Shown here: one piece after another, positions 39,236-53,850 of the stretch | Numbering within the stretch: the stretch's first letter is position 1 | Layout of the letters: every line of letters begins with the position of its first letter | Assembly: GCA_973895155.1 (NCBI GenBank) | Contig: OZ316894.1 | Span: 20,776,451-20,840,450, forward strand | Reading direction: 5' to 3' | Origin: Marsupella aquatica | Taxonomy: Eukaryota; Plantae; Marchantiophyta | Length of the DNA: 64,000 bases | Program-made: the position numbers and the translations under genes | Notes under the pieces: model-generated | Told to the model about the DNA's origin: nothing | Database searches by the model: none | The model's input: only the letters and a program-made list of their open reading frames with translations

Positions 39236-40699
39236 GAGCATTATAATGCACGAACCTAGCGGCAAAGAGAGAAAAAAAAAAAGCAAAAGAGGTTAATTAA
39301 CCCGGCTTGAGCAATAGTCCGGGGAGTTTTGGTGCTTGCCACGTTTGAGGTCAGATGGTGAGGGCCAAAACATTATCACCACCTGACCCCGACCTTCACT
39401 TACGAGAGTATGTAGCAGTGTGACACCATCAGGATGTGTAAGGTGGACAATATCAACCCGGACTTGGTCCAATAGGGTTTTGTCTAATCTTGTCTCCAGG
39501 TTTGACCTTTATCGTTCGTTGACAATGTGATATATAGTAGGGGCCTAAACCTCTGTATTAGGCACATGGCAGTTCAAATTTTATATTCTTAATCTAAATT
39601 TCAGGAATAGGAACATCTAACAAAAAAAACCATGAGAACATTGTGCCTTGTAGGACAGACGTTAAGAAAAGTGGGCCATGGGAACCTTTCCTAATTATGA
39701 AAACATGAAATCCATTATCAGCACGTGTTGCATATGTGACCACTCTATAGTTTCAAAGACAACCAGAAGTTACTTTAAAAGGGCTTTGGGGGATTGATGA
39801 CCCCACTTTCCACTTTTTTCTCTCATAGCGGTTATGCCAAAGGGTGATGATATGAAGCATATTAACGCCTTCATGGCTACAGCTGCTGAAGACAGCATCC
39901 AATCATCCAATAGTCAATGGGAATTACACCTTATGCCAAATAAGGGTCCCTTGCGTTGCTTGAAGATTCACCCAAATTAACGTCAGCAACATGCGTAACC
40001 CTTGGGATAAGGAGTTCGCTTTTCAATCCACTAGCACAGGAAGGACTCCAGGTACCCTTCTCATGCCAGTCCTTCCTCACAAGCATAGTGACCAGGGCCT
40101 ATGGCTTCACTCTACAGAGGTCATGAAAGGTAAACTTAGATAGGGAATAATATATAGATCAGAACCCCAAAAAGATCAGTTTACTGAAAAGGGTCTATTG
40201 ATAGTCAAATGCTCTATGTCAATTTGGGAGTTGGGAGTTTCAATTGGGAGTTATTGAGTTCTTAGTGTTCGCTACAGCACTCGGCTTGGCTCCAAAACTG
40301 AATCCTCTAAAGAAAGGAGAAGAGAGAATAAATTTACTGAAAGAGTGCAAAACATAGTACTCTGATCAAGTGTGGAGACCCTAAAGAGTACCAAGAAGGA
40401 CCAATTTACTAGAAAGTGTCAAACAAACTACAATGAAGTAAAAGCAAAAGAGATCAGAGAAGACAAACACCAATGAAACTTAAAAGAAGAGTGCACTCCA
40501 AAAACCTAGAAACTAATGAAAAAGTAAGAGATAAAGATCTACCATTGCAATACAGTGATGAAATAAGAGTTCACTACACCATAACATCAGGATATTAAAG
40601 CCCTATTATTGAAGACTTATGGGAACTCTCACAAAAGATTAATTCCTGTGGGCTCAACACTTAAACTAATGAGCTAAATCATGTTCCTTTCATTTTAGG

Positions 40700-41500
40700 C
40701 ACAAATCCAAAATTTGGTCATCTGGAAAGTTGCAATTGAAGGCACATGGGCTTTGGGTCTGAAGTGGGGATGATTGATGCATTTGGGTTGGCTGCTTACC
40801 AGGAGGGAGGGAAAAGCAATATATCAATCTGAATTTGGTCAGAACTCTAAACAATCTTTCCATTTTCCAGCCTTGCAGAAGCAAAACAGGATTGGAGGCC
40901 TGTTTGACGCCAAAGTGAGACAACGAAGTTGCCTCTTGACTTACTAGTGGTTGATACGGGTGGCCTTACAATACTTTGGGGGCCCATTGCTTCTTTCAGT
41001 TGTCTCTGATATTAAATCTAAAAACTTCTGATTCACTCCAAGAACAGCAGTTGGCTTTACAAGAATTGAGGGGGCATTCTCTACAGATAGGTGGTGTCTA
41101 GCTATTCTAATGTGCCTGAAAGTAGTGGGCCTAAGTAAATGCTGACTAATTATTTTATCCAGAATTTTAGACCACCTCCAACTGTGGTCAAACATTTTCC
41201 ACACTTGGGCGGCCTAGTTCATTCAAGTGATTTGCATAAATTGAGCTTCAGCTCAAAAGATTGTAGGTCTGGAGTCTATCTTTACAGCAAGACTACCCTT
41301 GATTTTGTTTTGGTGAAAAAAGTCACACAAGTGTCCCCACTTCTGATAAAGCCGCCCTAAATAAACTCTCTCAGATAAGATGTAACAAGAGACAACTTTT
41401 TCTCCAGTGGCAATTTCTTACCAAATTCTGCATGGGCTGACATCTTTTCTCCACTTGTGGGTAAATGCGTCTCATTAGCCACCAAGTTACAGGCCTACTA
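40700..41500 (-). mobile_element. Highly degraded non-LTR reverse transcriptase fragment
   Basis: Peptides WRWSKILDKIISQHL and FGVKQASNPVLL resemble the LINE RT motifs KILxKI and GVRQGCPLSP, in the right order. Confidence 0.4.
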
Positions 41501-41590
41501 GCCAGAATCTGATGGCTCTCTTTTGAGTCTAGGAAGATTTAACCAGGGGATCTAATGGTCTAAAATCAATCAAGAAGTGAACAATAAATA

Positions 41591-41692
41591 ATATTGCTAT
41601 TATCTTCTCCCGTACGCATATTGCTATTATCTTCTCCCGTACGCATATTGCTATTATCTTCTCCCGTACGCATATTCCTATTATCTTCTCCC
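41591..41692. repeat. 27-bp minisatellite (~4 copies)
   Basis: Unit atattgctattatcttctcccgtacgc. Confidence 0.92.
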
Positions 41693-44111
41693 AGACACCA
41701 GGTAATATTGGGAGAAGATATTCAGAGTTAGGGGATCAGATCCAGTCATATATTATTAGAATCACTCATGAGGTCGACAATAAGTCTCCCCGTTTGGCTC
41801 TTTTTTTGTTATACTAAGATCGAATTGGAAGTGCCCAGGAAAAGTGCTGCAAGGTGGTGTTCGAATTGCAGGGGGGGGGGGGGGGGAAGGCTCAATATTG
41901 GGTCTATTAAGTTTTGGATCTTGTTACCCTGTTTGGCTTTTTATTCTTAGGCTGTGTGATATATATCACCTCTCAATTATCTTCTGATAATTTGGGCTTT
42001 CTGGATTATATTATATACATGTATATCCTCTCCTCTCCTCTCCTCGCCTCTCCTCTGGGAGCATATAGCCAACTGCATATTATATGTTTAAAGGTTCTTA
42101 AATAACCTTCAAACTTACCACATGCAAACCTGATAACGCCTCAATGCAAAAGTACTCCTAGCTACTGATGAAGAGCATGCATGCACAAGTTGCTCTACCA
42201 ACATGTGAATGCGCCTGCAAGTCCAAACCACGTGGATTACACCCTAAGAAGCAAGGTTTTTGATGTTTTTGGAGCCGCGTAGACTGTCACTGGCAAGAAA
42301 ACAATGACTCTTAACCTTTAGCAGACCCACTTAATGGAGTGTTTTGTAAGCCCATCGGCACTTCAGAGTACTTTACGCCGTTCACTCGAAGGTCGTTCCC
42401 TTGACTACCACGCATCAACTGAATGCTCAAATTATAATTAAGGAGACTTTGATTAGAACAGTTTGTTCTAGGGAATGCATGTCAACAGAGACAGTACAAC
42501 TAAGCGAGATTGAGAATTTCTGCTAGCGCTTACTTTGACGTCCTCGAATTTGATGTAGAACCGAGTGGGCGGAACACAGTTTTGACTCCAATATGTTGGA
42601 GATGGCAGCATGGAATCTCTTGCTGGCTCTCTTGTTGTTGGATGCCACTCACTAATGCTCGATACCACTTCCACCCAACTCCATTTGCCGTCCACAATGC
42701 TTCACAACATGGGCATTGGGCTTGTTAGACCTGAAGAGAGGTCCTTTAGTTGGGAAATTGGTAAACGTGGGAAATGCAGTAAACATGCCCCTCGTGGGAA
42801 AAGATCCTTTTCAAAGGCTAGATAATTGGGCATGGGGCATCCCTAGATGAATCTTGCTCGGAAAAGGAAAACCTATCGACTACTCAATCAGGGTACTTTT
42901 TGACTCAATGCCCTGATTTGCAGAATGATGAATTCTCTAGATTCTCTCCACTATTCTACTGTTGAACAGTGGATCAGTCGGAAATGGTGGATCAGTGGAT
43001 CCAAATCTATCAGGGCGGTAAGTACTAGGATGGATCTCTTCACTATTCTGATTTGGTATTGTGTACCAGTGCATCCAAATCTATCGTGTCAAATACAAGA
43101 ATACATATGACTTCTGCTGTGTAAATTGTGGATTCCAATTTATGATCTCATCCTGAAATACAGGTCGGATATTGCGATAAAGGATGATATCAACACATCT
43201 AGAACTCGTGAATTCACTAGAATTTCTTCACTGCTGTGCAGTCCTTGAATTCGAATCTGTGATGGTCTCAGTGTACTAGAGGAACTGCGTGTGAATCAGG
43301 AACAAGAGCTGAGGTCTTGAGTTATTGGGCTGACCTGGGACAGAGGCATTCGCTTGTGTTTTCAGAGATGGATGCATCAAGGATTCATGCGGGCCTGTCA
43401 GACAGACAAGAGAATTCGTTTTGTTGAATCGGAGACAATGTCTGTGTGGTGTTCGGCAGGGTGGTGAGAGGTTTGCACGACGGACGCCAAATTAATGACT
43501 ATTGTTGGTTACACTAGTGGAGTCAATGTCAATCGGAAGCAGCTCGAAAGGAGACCCTGAAGATATGAATATTGGCACATTAAGAGATTCCGACAACCGC
43601 TCTGTAGAGAGAAGATACTTACTCCAGGCATATATGAAAATGTGTGCATTAATCACACAAGTGTGCGGCGAGTAAAGGTCCACTTCCTGAATTTTGTAAT
43701 CTTTCAAGCATTCTCCAAGGCTGCAGGGAGAAGAGCTTTTCGAACCCTCAAATAAGGAACAAGCAAGAAATTAATCACAAAGAAATCCGTGAAGTGAAGT
43801 GAAGTGAAGTGACGAGCCATACGAAATCAGATGTGCTCAAGAGATTCTTCCAATTTTTGTACAACCTGCAGGACAGGAACCTAAGTTTTAATTCGCACTG
43901 TAACTTGTTTTCCATAAATAGTCATTTCGCTTTTGTATCCACTATGTGGGGTCCGCCATCTGCCAAAGCCCATGATAAGGGCCCGGCATCGTCACATTTA
44001 CAAACTGGCTATGGATTGCCTCTGCCTGACCAAAATTGCAGTTTTATCCGACTGATACCAAGCTCTTTTCTTCCTTGAAAATACCAAGCTCTTTTCTTAA
44101 AGCGAGACTTA

Positions 44112-47100
44112 TCAGTTGAAGAAGTAAGGAGACTTCTGCACGTCTGAAAGCTCCAGATCACCTCGTGCGGGTACGTCCGGGAAGTCTAAATGGGGAAATT
44201 GCTCCGTGAAGCCTTTCAATAACTGCACATTCAACAAGAACCAAAGAATTACAGAATGAACTACCCATTTGATTGAGAATGCGAATCTCTTCCAAACTCC
44301 ACCCAGTACATACAACCGGCACAGATAGCACTAACTTCCATTCATGTCTGCCAGCTTGCAGCAACGTTATATACACCACTAGCACAGAGACGTGTCTTAC
44401 ATTTTCTAAAATTGGATCACTGTACAGTTCCACGAAGGTTTTCCGAAGTATAGTGTTCAACTTCTCAATCGTCCCTGCGTGTGTCCAGAACGAATCATGT
44501 ACTCCTGCACACAGATGCAGTCAAGGTGATGCGAAAGTCTTCAGATGCAAACAAAGTGGTTGCAAACCTGCGTTATTCAGGTCCTAGTCCTCTATTGCGT
44601 TTATCTCTAAGAGGAAATTAGTGAAAGCATTTCATACTAACACAAATGGCATCTGATTGCCAACCTGCGAAGTAAATGTCGGCTCGTTTGCATGCTAGGG
44701 CTGTCATCATCATATGCGAGCCGTCCAGGGAGTGAACAAAATTTGGAGGAAAAGCACTCCGTTGCCTACTTACAGCCACCTGCAATTGTCCACTGCTTCA
44801 TAAGTCAACAACTTTCTCGAGTGTAGGCTATTCATTCCTCCAATCAGTAACTCACCATCTGGAAGGGGAAGAGACCACAAAGACAACACGATCCAAAACT
44901 CCGATCCATAGCAGGCACACAGATCATCATAACAGATATACAGAGCCTGACTGCAGGTAAGGTGCTCAGGTTCTCTATACAGCCAGGATCTGTTATAATG
45001 TGCATAGACAGCACCATTTCAAAAGAACAAAAGAACAACAAAAAGGTGAGATAATCGCAGGAGTACATCAAATCAGGAACATGATGGAGGACTGTATACC
45101 GGTTGGTTGCCATTATCTCTCAATGCCACGACTTGGAGAGATGTCTTGACCTACAGCACGAGACATTGGTCAGCTATAATTTCTGAGAGACAAGGTACTA
45201 TTGCTGAATTACAGACTAGCATGGACCAAAGGTTAGAGTGATGCTGTTCACATCCCTTAAAGGTTAATGTTTAGAGTAATTCAATATCCATAGTGTTTTC
45301 CCTAGAGGTATTAATGATGCGGATTATACCAAGTCTGGTAAATAAACTCAAGTACATATCAGAAGTTTTTGACCCACCATTTTCCGGCCTGGTTTTCGAT
45401 ATGGTTGAACAACGGGTAAACCCATAGGCGTTGTCCACCTAACTGGCTCACCTCCTGCTGCAATAATCTACAATCAATGACAAGAAATCTTCAGATACTA
45501 AATATATATACACTTCCTGTGCAATATTCCTACAATACGGGTCCAGTTGGGCTGTTGGACGTGTTTGGAACAATGATCCATCCAACACTTTTTGGGGCAG
45601 CTCACGATTTGTATTATTTTTGCCCTCAAACCTCCAGTCCCTAACTACAGACAATCGTTCCAACCGTTTCACAATGTAGTAATCAGGCGAGGAGACGAGA
45701 TAGCATTGTGGGGAACACAAACCCCTTACACCTTCCACGCCCTTTTGGTCGACCAGCTGTAGCGGGCCCATAGAGTCTGTCGCCCAGTTAGTTTCTGATG
45801 AAAATGTCCTCCACTCACTAACCCACGAGTCCCAGCCCTAGATCTCCATTCCAAACTCTAACTCCATGGGTGAGGATATCACTAATTGATGGATACCCTC
45901 CTAGACATCCCAAACGACTACAGTAGCTGTCAAAAGTAAGAGTTTGGCAATGAGAAGTGACCATCATTTCTTTTGCCTGCTAATCCCACCTCGGCAGGAT
46001 ATTTTCCTTCCACAAATCTCGGAGGTACAGTTCTAAATCTAGTCAACGACTCTCCATGGTCCATCATTGCATCAGAAGGTACAAAATTTTGAACTAAATA
46101 ACTGGTTCTGTTGTTGATATGTTTACCTTCGCGCAATCACCAAGCCATCCCATGATACATCTGGCCTCTTTGAACGTTTGCCCGAGAGCTTCAATAGTGA
46201 TCTGCCAACCCATTTTAATATGTTACTTTGGGTTTCTCTCCCTTCCACCCAAAGCTACAAATGAATATGCTTGATACCATCACAATCAACAAATACTTTT
46301 GAGAAAGACACGCAGGAAGCTACTGACTAGAGGACGGCTGAAGGTTGGAACTTTACTTTTGCTGCATAACACGAAGCACGGAACATCTCTACTTCGTCTC
46401 CCAAACCCCTTTCTTTCAACCTGCTCATTATTTGATTGCGAGCTCCAATGAATGTGACGCCATACACTGAGGTCATAACTGTTTGCTTCACAAGCTTCCG
46501 ATCAATCTGCAACATCAGAAGAAAATACAGCCATCTTGAGAAAACGACAGACGAACTTTTACCCATCCGATACCAGCTTTGCTAATCTCAAGACAACAAA
46601 GACAATTTTCCAATCGAGCCTGTCATAGAAATGCACTACAAGATAGTTTTTACAGCCATCATCATCCATGCGTACGAACCTGCTGAATCAAAATCTTTGC
46701 TTTATCAACATTAGGATTTGCACTAGGATCATCTGCAGCATCCTTCTCAATTACGGCACGCACCCTACACGAAGGCCATATTCGACAGATGAGGTCAAGC
46801 AAACGCCACTAGTATCAGTGGCCAACTAGAAGTCTTCGGGTTCAGACTGTGTGACATATCAAAGAAAATACGCAAGAAGCTGCAATAAATTTGTGAGGGT
46901 TCCGACTGACTACGTATGATCCATGGAATCATGACCACTAATTGAAAATTTCATGTGGCATACATCTCGCATTGGAAATCCCAAGTTGAGAAAATAGGTA
47001 CATGCCTCATTGCAATGCCAGTGTAAACATCAGCAGGTTTTTCTCCAGCTATCAGGTTGACAGACTCAGCGCCCATCTGCAGACGTACATACAAGTTAGA

Positions 47101-50100
47101 ACGGGAGCTTTGCCTGCTATGTATAACAGCATCCAGACTTCAGAAATTGCTCCAAGTTTACGAGCCAAGTTTTCGAATCTTATGCGGCAACAAGAAGGTG
47201 CGCTGCATTTGATTTTTTCTGTCATAAAGACTCTACATACAGAACTACCTACGCGGGAGACCAGATACCATATGAACAAAAAAGAAACAAAGGTTAGCTC
47301 ACCTTGTCTCGCCCTAACGCTGCATAATGTTGAAGACCATTACATGAACCATCCTGCGTCAACTCACTAATTTCAGAAGCATGGAAAAAAACGGAGACAT
47401 CCACAGAACTTCTGGCAAACATTCTGAAACTCGTAATTACCTAAAAGTCACTGAAGATGGACTTTGCGAGGGGCAGAAATGACATACCTGATGAATAGGG
47501 AGGTATGACTCAAACGTCTCAGTGTTTCCTGACATGATAGCATCTCGAATATTCATACAACCGGCCAGACATTGGTAGGGATCTTCTGCTTTGAGCCACC
47601 AACGTCTGCCCTCTAATGGATTCTCTGCTGAGTCAAATATCTCCTCAAGATTAGAATCCACAAAAGCAACTCGACCGTCAAATGAAAGCTTATCAACACC
47701 ACCAGCAAACACATTTGCTAGGTGTATTTTCAGCCATCGAAACCCAGTTGGTCCAAGGGGATGACCCACTGCAAACTCGAGCACTCCTCTGCACATATCA
47801 GATCCCAAATGGTTCAGATGTGGGTGCAAAGGATATGCCCGACCCCGAAAATCCAAGTTGTGTGGGTAGTGGAAAGCCTTCTCCTCTCGCATCTTCCTGG
47901 CAACCTGGTCCATTGGGCAGATCAGATCAATACAAAAACAATGATCGGTAACTTTTGTCCGATTATTAGGTCAGGCACACTCCTAAAACTGCGCATCTCT
48001 TCTTGAGCATCGAACATAAACCAGCCACTATGAAATACACTCTGACGGACTGTACGGCAAGTCCCTCCGGAACAGCATGTGCACAGAAGGAGCAAGTAAG
48101 AACGAACAGGAGACTCTGAACAGGACAAATCAATAGTCACTGACTGACCATGGAGAAAGAATTACATTTAGTTTAAGTTCTGTATCGCAACGAAGAGAAT
48201 GTCGCTCTTTGTTTGTACGTTTTGCTTTGCCTGCTTCAAATCTCCAGCTCTTTAAAGCCACTTCATCAGATGTCACGGGTCTCTCAGGGATCGGGACCTG
48301 GAATTTAGCAACAGCAGAATCTCTTAAGACTGATTACCGAAAACCGGGGTCAGTAAACGATTAACAATCCAACGGAGCCAGGGACATCACTAAATGAGAC
48401 CACCGAAGATATGAACATCCCCAAAAATGATGAGGATATTACTGTAAGATGACTATTGGGTAGCTTGAACATTAGAGGTATCTGCCCATCTCCTTACCCC
48501 CTCCAGAGGACGACTGTTTGTCATGGTAACCGTGGAGCAAAAAAGTGGCAGAGGCCGAGTACAGTATAGATTGGGTTTCAAGGACAGGACCACCAAAGCC
48601 ACTTGAAGAATTCCAATGAAGGAACCAATTTGGTGCTCAATATAACTATATCCCTTCCACACCTACAGCTTTCACTCCAAATATAGCTGTTACTGATCTA
48701 AGAAACCTCGTTGATAGTTTTACATAAGGGTAACTATACTCACATCTTCAGCATCCACCATTTCAGCGATCCCTCCTCCATCTGCCCAGACTTTTTCGAC
48801 CACATCTAATACCCTGGTATTAATTCTCCACCTAATAGACCCTAAAGTATCCAGCGCCTGGGAACATTGAACACGTATATCAGAACAATCACAGAAGGAA
48901 TGACGCTGAATGACAATTCACACAAGCCCTGTCTCAATAACTCTTACATCGAAAGCATTACTGTGAGATATCTGCTCGAATTTTTTTGAAACGAAAGAAC
49001 TTTGTGTTAGAGCAACAGGGGACTAACTTCAAACACATTCTTCAGATTCGAGTATGAAGTCTTTTCTATGGCTTCCTTCTGCTGGCGAGATCCGTGTATA
49101 CGAATCACAGTTGATGGCAACACAAGATGACCCCCTTTGCTAAAACTGCAAAAAGCAAACAGAAATTCAGTCCAACCTGCTTCAAATTCTTCCCAAAGTT
49201 AGGATAAGCTCGTGAAAGATTGGGGGAAAGTCTTTGATGTGGTAAACTCAACATACAAGTTTTCAAGATGAGGCATACCGACTCCAATGAAGAGGCTTCA
49301 CCAACATTGGCATATATGGCATGACCATAAACCTGACCTGCACAGAATAACTAGACAAATTAAAAATGAGATCTCTACTTCTCTTACAGCAGATCTTTGG
49401 TTGGTCTAGGACACAATAGCTAGTAGGAAACGTTGGCTTTCAGTGATTTAATTTTCCATTAAACACTGGAATGAGAAGCAAACCCTGACTTCCGCATATT
49501 ATCATTATGAAAGTCACCGTGTTGGAGCCCTGAACACGGCTATCACTTGCCCCGCAAGGCGGATAATAGTGTGGTCCTGACAGTGCTATTACGAATCCCA
49601 GCCAAACATGCTGCAGACAATGGGTGGTCTGACAGGGCCTTACCGATTTATTGAGTTCTTGCAAGATCAGAGGGTCACATTCAATGACCCCAAATTGCCT
49701 GAATCCACTGTAGTGACACGGAGATTTCAGAGTTAATAATCAAGCAGATCAAAAAGTTTGAATGTCCCTAAATATTTTGGTCCTGCTGAAATCTAGAAGA
49801 TAGATAATGGAAAGTTCAAAAGCAAGGAGAGTAAAGTACATACCCATCCGCTTGCATTGACTTCATCAAATGCTTGAATGCTGGCCGCATTTCCGAATGA
49901 TCATCCCCACTTTGACTGGCTGGAGTTTGGAGAAAGGCATTGTCAAGGAATAGTTGAATCAAACTACTCCCAACCTGAAAAATGCCCAACAGTTACTCAA
50001 TAAAGTGATCCTAATCAGGTTACAACTAACGACAGCACGAACAACTGCATTTATAGCAACGCTGAAATCACCGGTTAGGAGGCTACCCATTGACTGCGGT

Positions 50101-51915
50101 AGTCATGCCAATTGCAAATCAGACTTGGCTATCACTTACCTTTGCTCGGATCTCCTTATTCCAAGGTTCACCACCACTGGCATGCTGCACCAATTTGCTG
50201 GCCATTCGAAGATGCTGTTTCTTCAAAAGCGTTTTTACTTTCTCCTTCAACTTTCCGTTAGCGTCTGCCTGGCTGACCGTTGCAGCTTCCTCTTGTTCCA
50301 GGTTCTTATCAATTTTCTTCTTCTTCTTCTTCCCCTTTTTCTGTAGAAATCTGTAGATTCCAATCTGTAGAAAAGGGCGATCTCAGAATGCCATCCACTC
50401 CCCTAAAAATGAGATGGTAACGATTATCCTTTACATAATATGTTACTGACATTTTCAACTCCAGTGCTGATTTGGGCGAGTATTCACACAGTAAAAATGC
50501 CATACATACGTACTCCAAAACTCCCAAACTCACATTTGTTATCTAACTTGACATAGAGTTGGTTAACATCAGGGGTCCGTAGTTGACAACTCTAGCCCGA
50601 TACGAGAGCTTCGTATAGAACAACAAAGGCATGAAAAGTCTCCCTGGATCTCCAATCCACATGTCTCAATGAAATGGTAAATATGGATTTGAAAGAAAGA
50701 TTAGGCCAGCAGAATATGAGAAACCTACTCGAAAAAGACCTCGTCAAATTGAACACTTAGGCCGTCTATCTCTTCGCGATAAACAAGATTGAACGCAGTG
50801 AGAATATAACTTGTAAGAAAGCTATCAAAAAGATCCACTTAATTACGGGGTTGGCTGACAGGGCGCTACAAGATGGATACTAGTTAACTTGGGGAGAAAT
50901 TGGATGTAGGCCACTACTAGTAATACGGGGTGAATCAGTCAATTGGAAAGCAGGAAGTTACCTCTGTTTCTACTGCTTCACCGATCACTGAGGCAGCCGC
51001 AACAAATTTAACGCAGCCACCTGGGTTGAGGTCGGTCATCAACATGCCCAAGAGTTTATGCATGGTAACGACTGCAAGCATGTCTGCAGGAAGCTGAGTA
51101 ATGTAAGGGCCGTAACCAGCTCGGTGAGCTTTATAATCTAGATTTTCGACAGCCACTTGCTCGTCCTCGATGGCTTTCTTGAATGGCTCGAACCACCCCA
51201 GGACTAAGGACTGTACATATGGGAGATTTGGAGCCAAATTTTTCTTGCACATCTCCAAGAGTAGCTCCTTGTACTCGTCAGCAGCAGTTTGCCAAGCCAG
51301 GCATTCCATTTCTATCTGCCGTTCACGAAGACTCAACACTTTCTGACTGATCTTCTTCTGTGTCTTCTCCGTCTTCTGTTTAGGAGGCTCCTGGTCAATT
51401 TCTTCGTCATTGTATCCCACTTCCTCTTCTTCTGCTGCAATCTCCACAGCAGCTGCACTACTATTGAAGCTCTTGGCGCCCACCGTGTCTCGAAATGCCG
51501 ACCGCGGTCCACTTTTGATACTGCTGAAATACTCTAGCCCATCCGCCTTGGAGTCTGATATCAATTGCATCCACCACATAGGATTCGCAAGCCATGGCAG
51601 CTGGACCGCACTATGTAAAGCTTCATCAAGCGCTGTAACACTTCCCTCGATGGGATTCAGGACGGGACATGGCAATGTCGATGACGCACCAAAGGGGAGA
51701 GCTGAAGCGGGTCGTAGCTCCCATCCAACTTCTACGCCTACTAATTCCCCATTGCTACCCTCAGTGACAGGTATAGTGGCTGCAGCGACTGAGCTCTTGG
51801 ATCTACTATTGTTCAACCAGATTCCTTGTCCATGTGATCCAAGCCTGGCTCTTTTACCGAGATCTGATGGCAGCTGATGACAACACATCAGCTGCCGTAC
51901 CACCACCCTCCACAT
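44112..51915 (-). CDS. RpoT: Nuclear-encoded phage (T3/T7)-type organellar RNA polymerase, multi-exon
   Basis: Starts MWRVVVRQL. Motifs [53 protein letters not shown] (motif A), [16 protein letters not shown] (motif B), [27 protein letters not shown] (motif C), and C-terminal SPYFFN*. Consistent splice sites throughout, including one GC-AG intron. Confidence 0.97.
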
Positions 51916-53313
51916 AACGCCGCTCCCCACCGCTTCCCTGTACTTGCCAGCGTCCCCCCCTGTGAATCTCCGCTGTCTACCAGATGCTTATCGATCAGCT
52001 GCGCCAATCTGACTGACATTTAGCTAAAGTCTTCTCATTGCCAAACGCAGAAGTCTGTGATTCGAGTGTGCATCTCCTGTAAAATCAGTCGGAATGGAAG
52101 TCCTTCGACCCTTAATTGTTTGAGGTGTCTTCACCGAACATGCTCGTTGTATACTCAATCACTGCAATTCGGGTGAATGGTAGATTCCGAATTCTCCAGA
52201 CCAAGATCTTACCGTAAGCTAGATTTCCATGGGAGCAATTATGATCATGAATTCTAAAACAGTCTAAAATCGCGCAGAAGGAGTTGGAGCTTGGGAAAAG
52301 CCACCTGTGTCAACTCCCACAAAATGCCATGTCAAAATCAGTTCAGATTCTAACTCTTCTAGCTCGATTTACACAAACTCAGCTTCACCTTCCGTAAACA
52401 GACTCGTACCACATTGCTTCCCACTCGAAGTAAGAATTATAATCAACCGACACCGATGTGACTGATGGGAGGGAGTGGAACGAGTAGACAGAAAGATTAA
52501 ACTTGAAGAAAATGGCGATGAAAGTATTGAAAAATTCAATGAACTTGTAAGAAAATTCTCCAGCCATCCTACTGTATTTGCCAGCTGCATAAAACAGCTC
52601 TTCAACATCATCCATCATTTCGTGGCACCCTTACCTCGTCCACCTCTGATATGATCGTCATGATTCTGTACTCTGCAATTCTCATTTGCAAGATAATTCA
52701 CTAAGAATGCTGAACGCCTTCACATGATTTCATGACCTTTAATGACATTGGCCCCAATCTGACTCACTCGGCGCCGAGGCAGAACTCTTAATTCATAATT
52801 TTCTTCTCCTCTGGAAAACTCTGCAGTGAGACGTAACTTACTTACAATCCCAACCCCTCTAAGCAGACCCCAAAAAAACAAGTCTCCTCAGGCCGCGAAT
52901 TGAAGCTCAAATTCTTCGTTTCGTTCCCTTCGTGGAGCTCTGACCAAAATGCACTCGATCTTAAATCCCACCCTTTTCCAAACACAAAAGATCTCCTCCA
53001 GCAAACAAAAATAACCCCAATCCGTGCCCGTCGTCTTCTCTGTTTGCTTCTGCGGCAGCACAAGTGGACGGTCTCGCCGACCTTGCATTTCACAATGTTG
53101 CACAACCTCGGCTAACCCGAAACCACAGAGCAACTCGGACAAAAGCTAAGGTCAACAGATAGCATTCGCCGAATCGGTCCAGAATTACTGAGTTCATCAT
53201 AGTTCCATTTTCATCTTTCGGGGAAGGATTGATCGCCATGCTTCACCTTCGGAGTTCTGAACGGGAGGAACATCCATTAAACCTCTCAAGCTGAGAGCAC
53301 GAGGTTTATCATT

Positions 53314-53400
53314 TTAGGGTTAGGGTTTAACGTCCTGTAGCGAGGTGGTACAATGGGGAATCGTATGGGTGATGGGGGCCACCATAAGACGTGTTTGGCC
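53314..53400 (-). promoter_or_regulatory. Telo-box and site-II-like motifs, probable RpoT promoter region
   Basis: Minus-strand AAACCCTAACCCTA (~53316-53329) plus GGGCCCA/TGGCC motifs about 1.4 kb upstream of the ATG. This pairing is common in plant housekeeping promoters. Confidence 0.4.
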
Positions 53401-53850
53401 CTCTGCCATGAGAAAGGGGGGAAAAATGCAAAGGTAAAGGGCATGTTAAAACTTTCTGGACATAAAATTATTCTTATGGAACATGTATTTGGCCTATCTT
53501 CCTTATGGAGATATTTTGACTGAACCTAATTTGTTTTGACCAATCTATCTCCACATCATAACATTAAATGCCAATCCTTCTCCCTTGCTGGTCTCATTAC
53601 AAATTATCATCTGAGTGGGAAGAAATCCTGGTGACTTGTCTTCAAATTGTTTTATTTCCGTGTGATTGGCCAAACCCCTCCCCCCCAACCCGTCATCCAC
53701 CCTGCATGACTCTTCCGTTTGTCCTCCTTGATGTCCATGCCTTGCCCTCCCTCTTTGCACCCTTCCCCACTATCTGTGCCTCACGCTTTGTGCTTCACCC
53801 ACTCCAATCATGCAATATTACATGCCACCATTCCCTTGTTGGTTTCATTA

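Noticed and set aside
43492-43760. Short minus-strand ORF with splice-like sites downstream of RpoT
   Set aside because: No recognisable domain; more likely RpoT 3' UTR or intergenic DNA.
44112-51915. Phage or organellar-plasmid insertion carrying a T7-like polymerase
   Set aside because: Many spliceosomal introns and a transit-peptide-like N-terminus identify it as the normal nuclear RpoT gene.
53314-53330. Interstitial telomere sequence
   Set aside because: Only about two units; better explained as a promoter telo-box.
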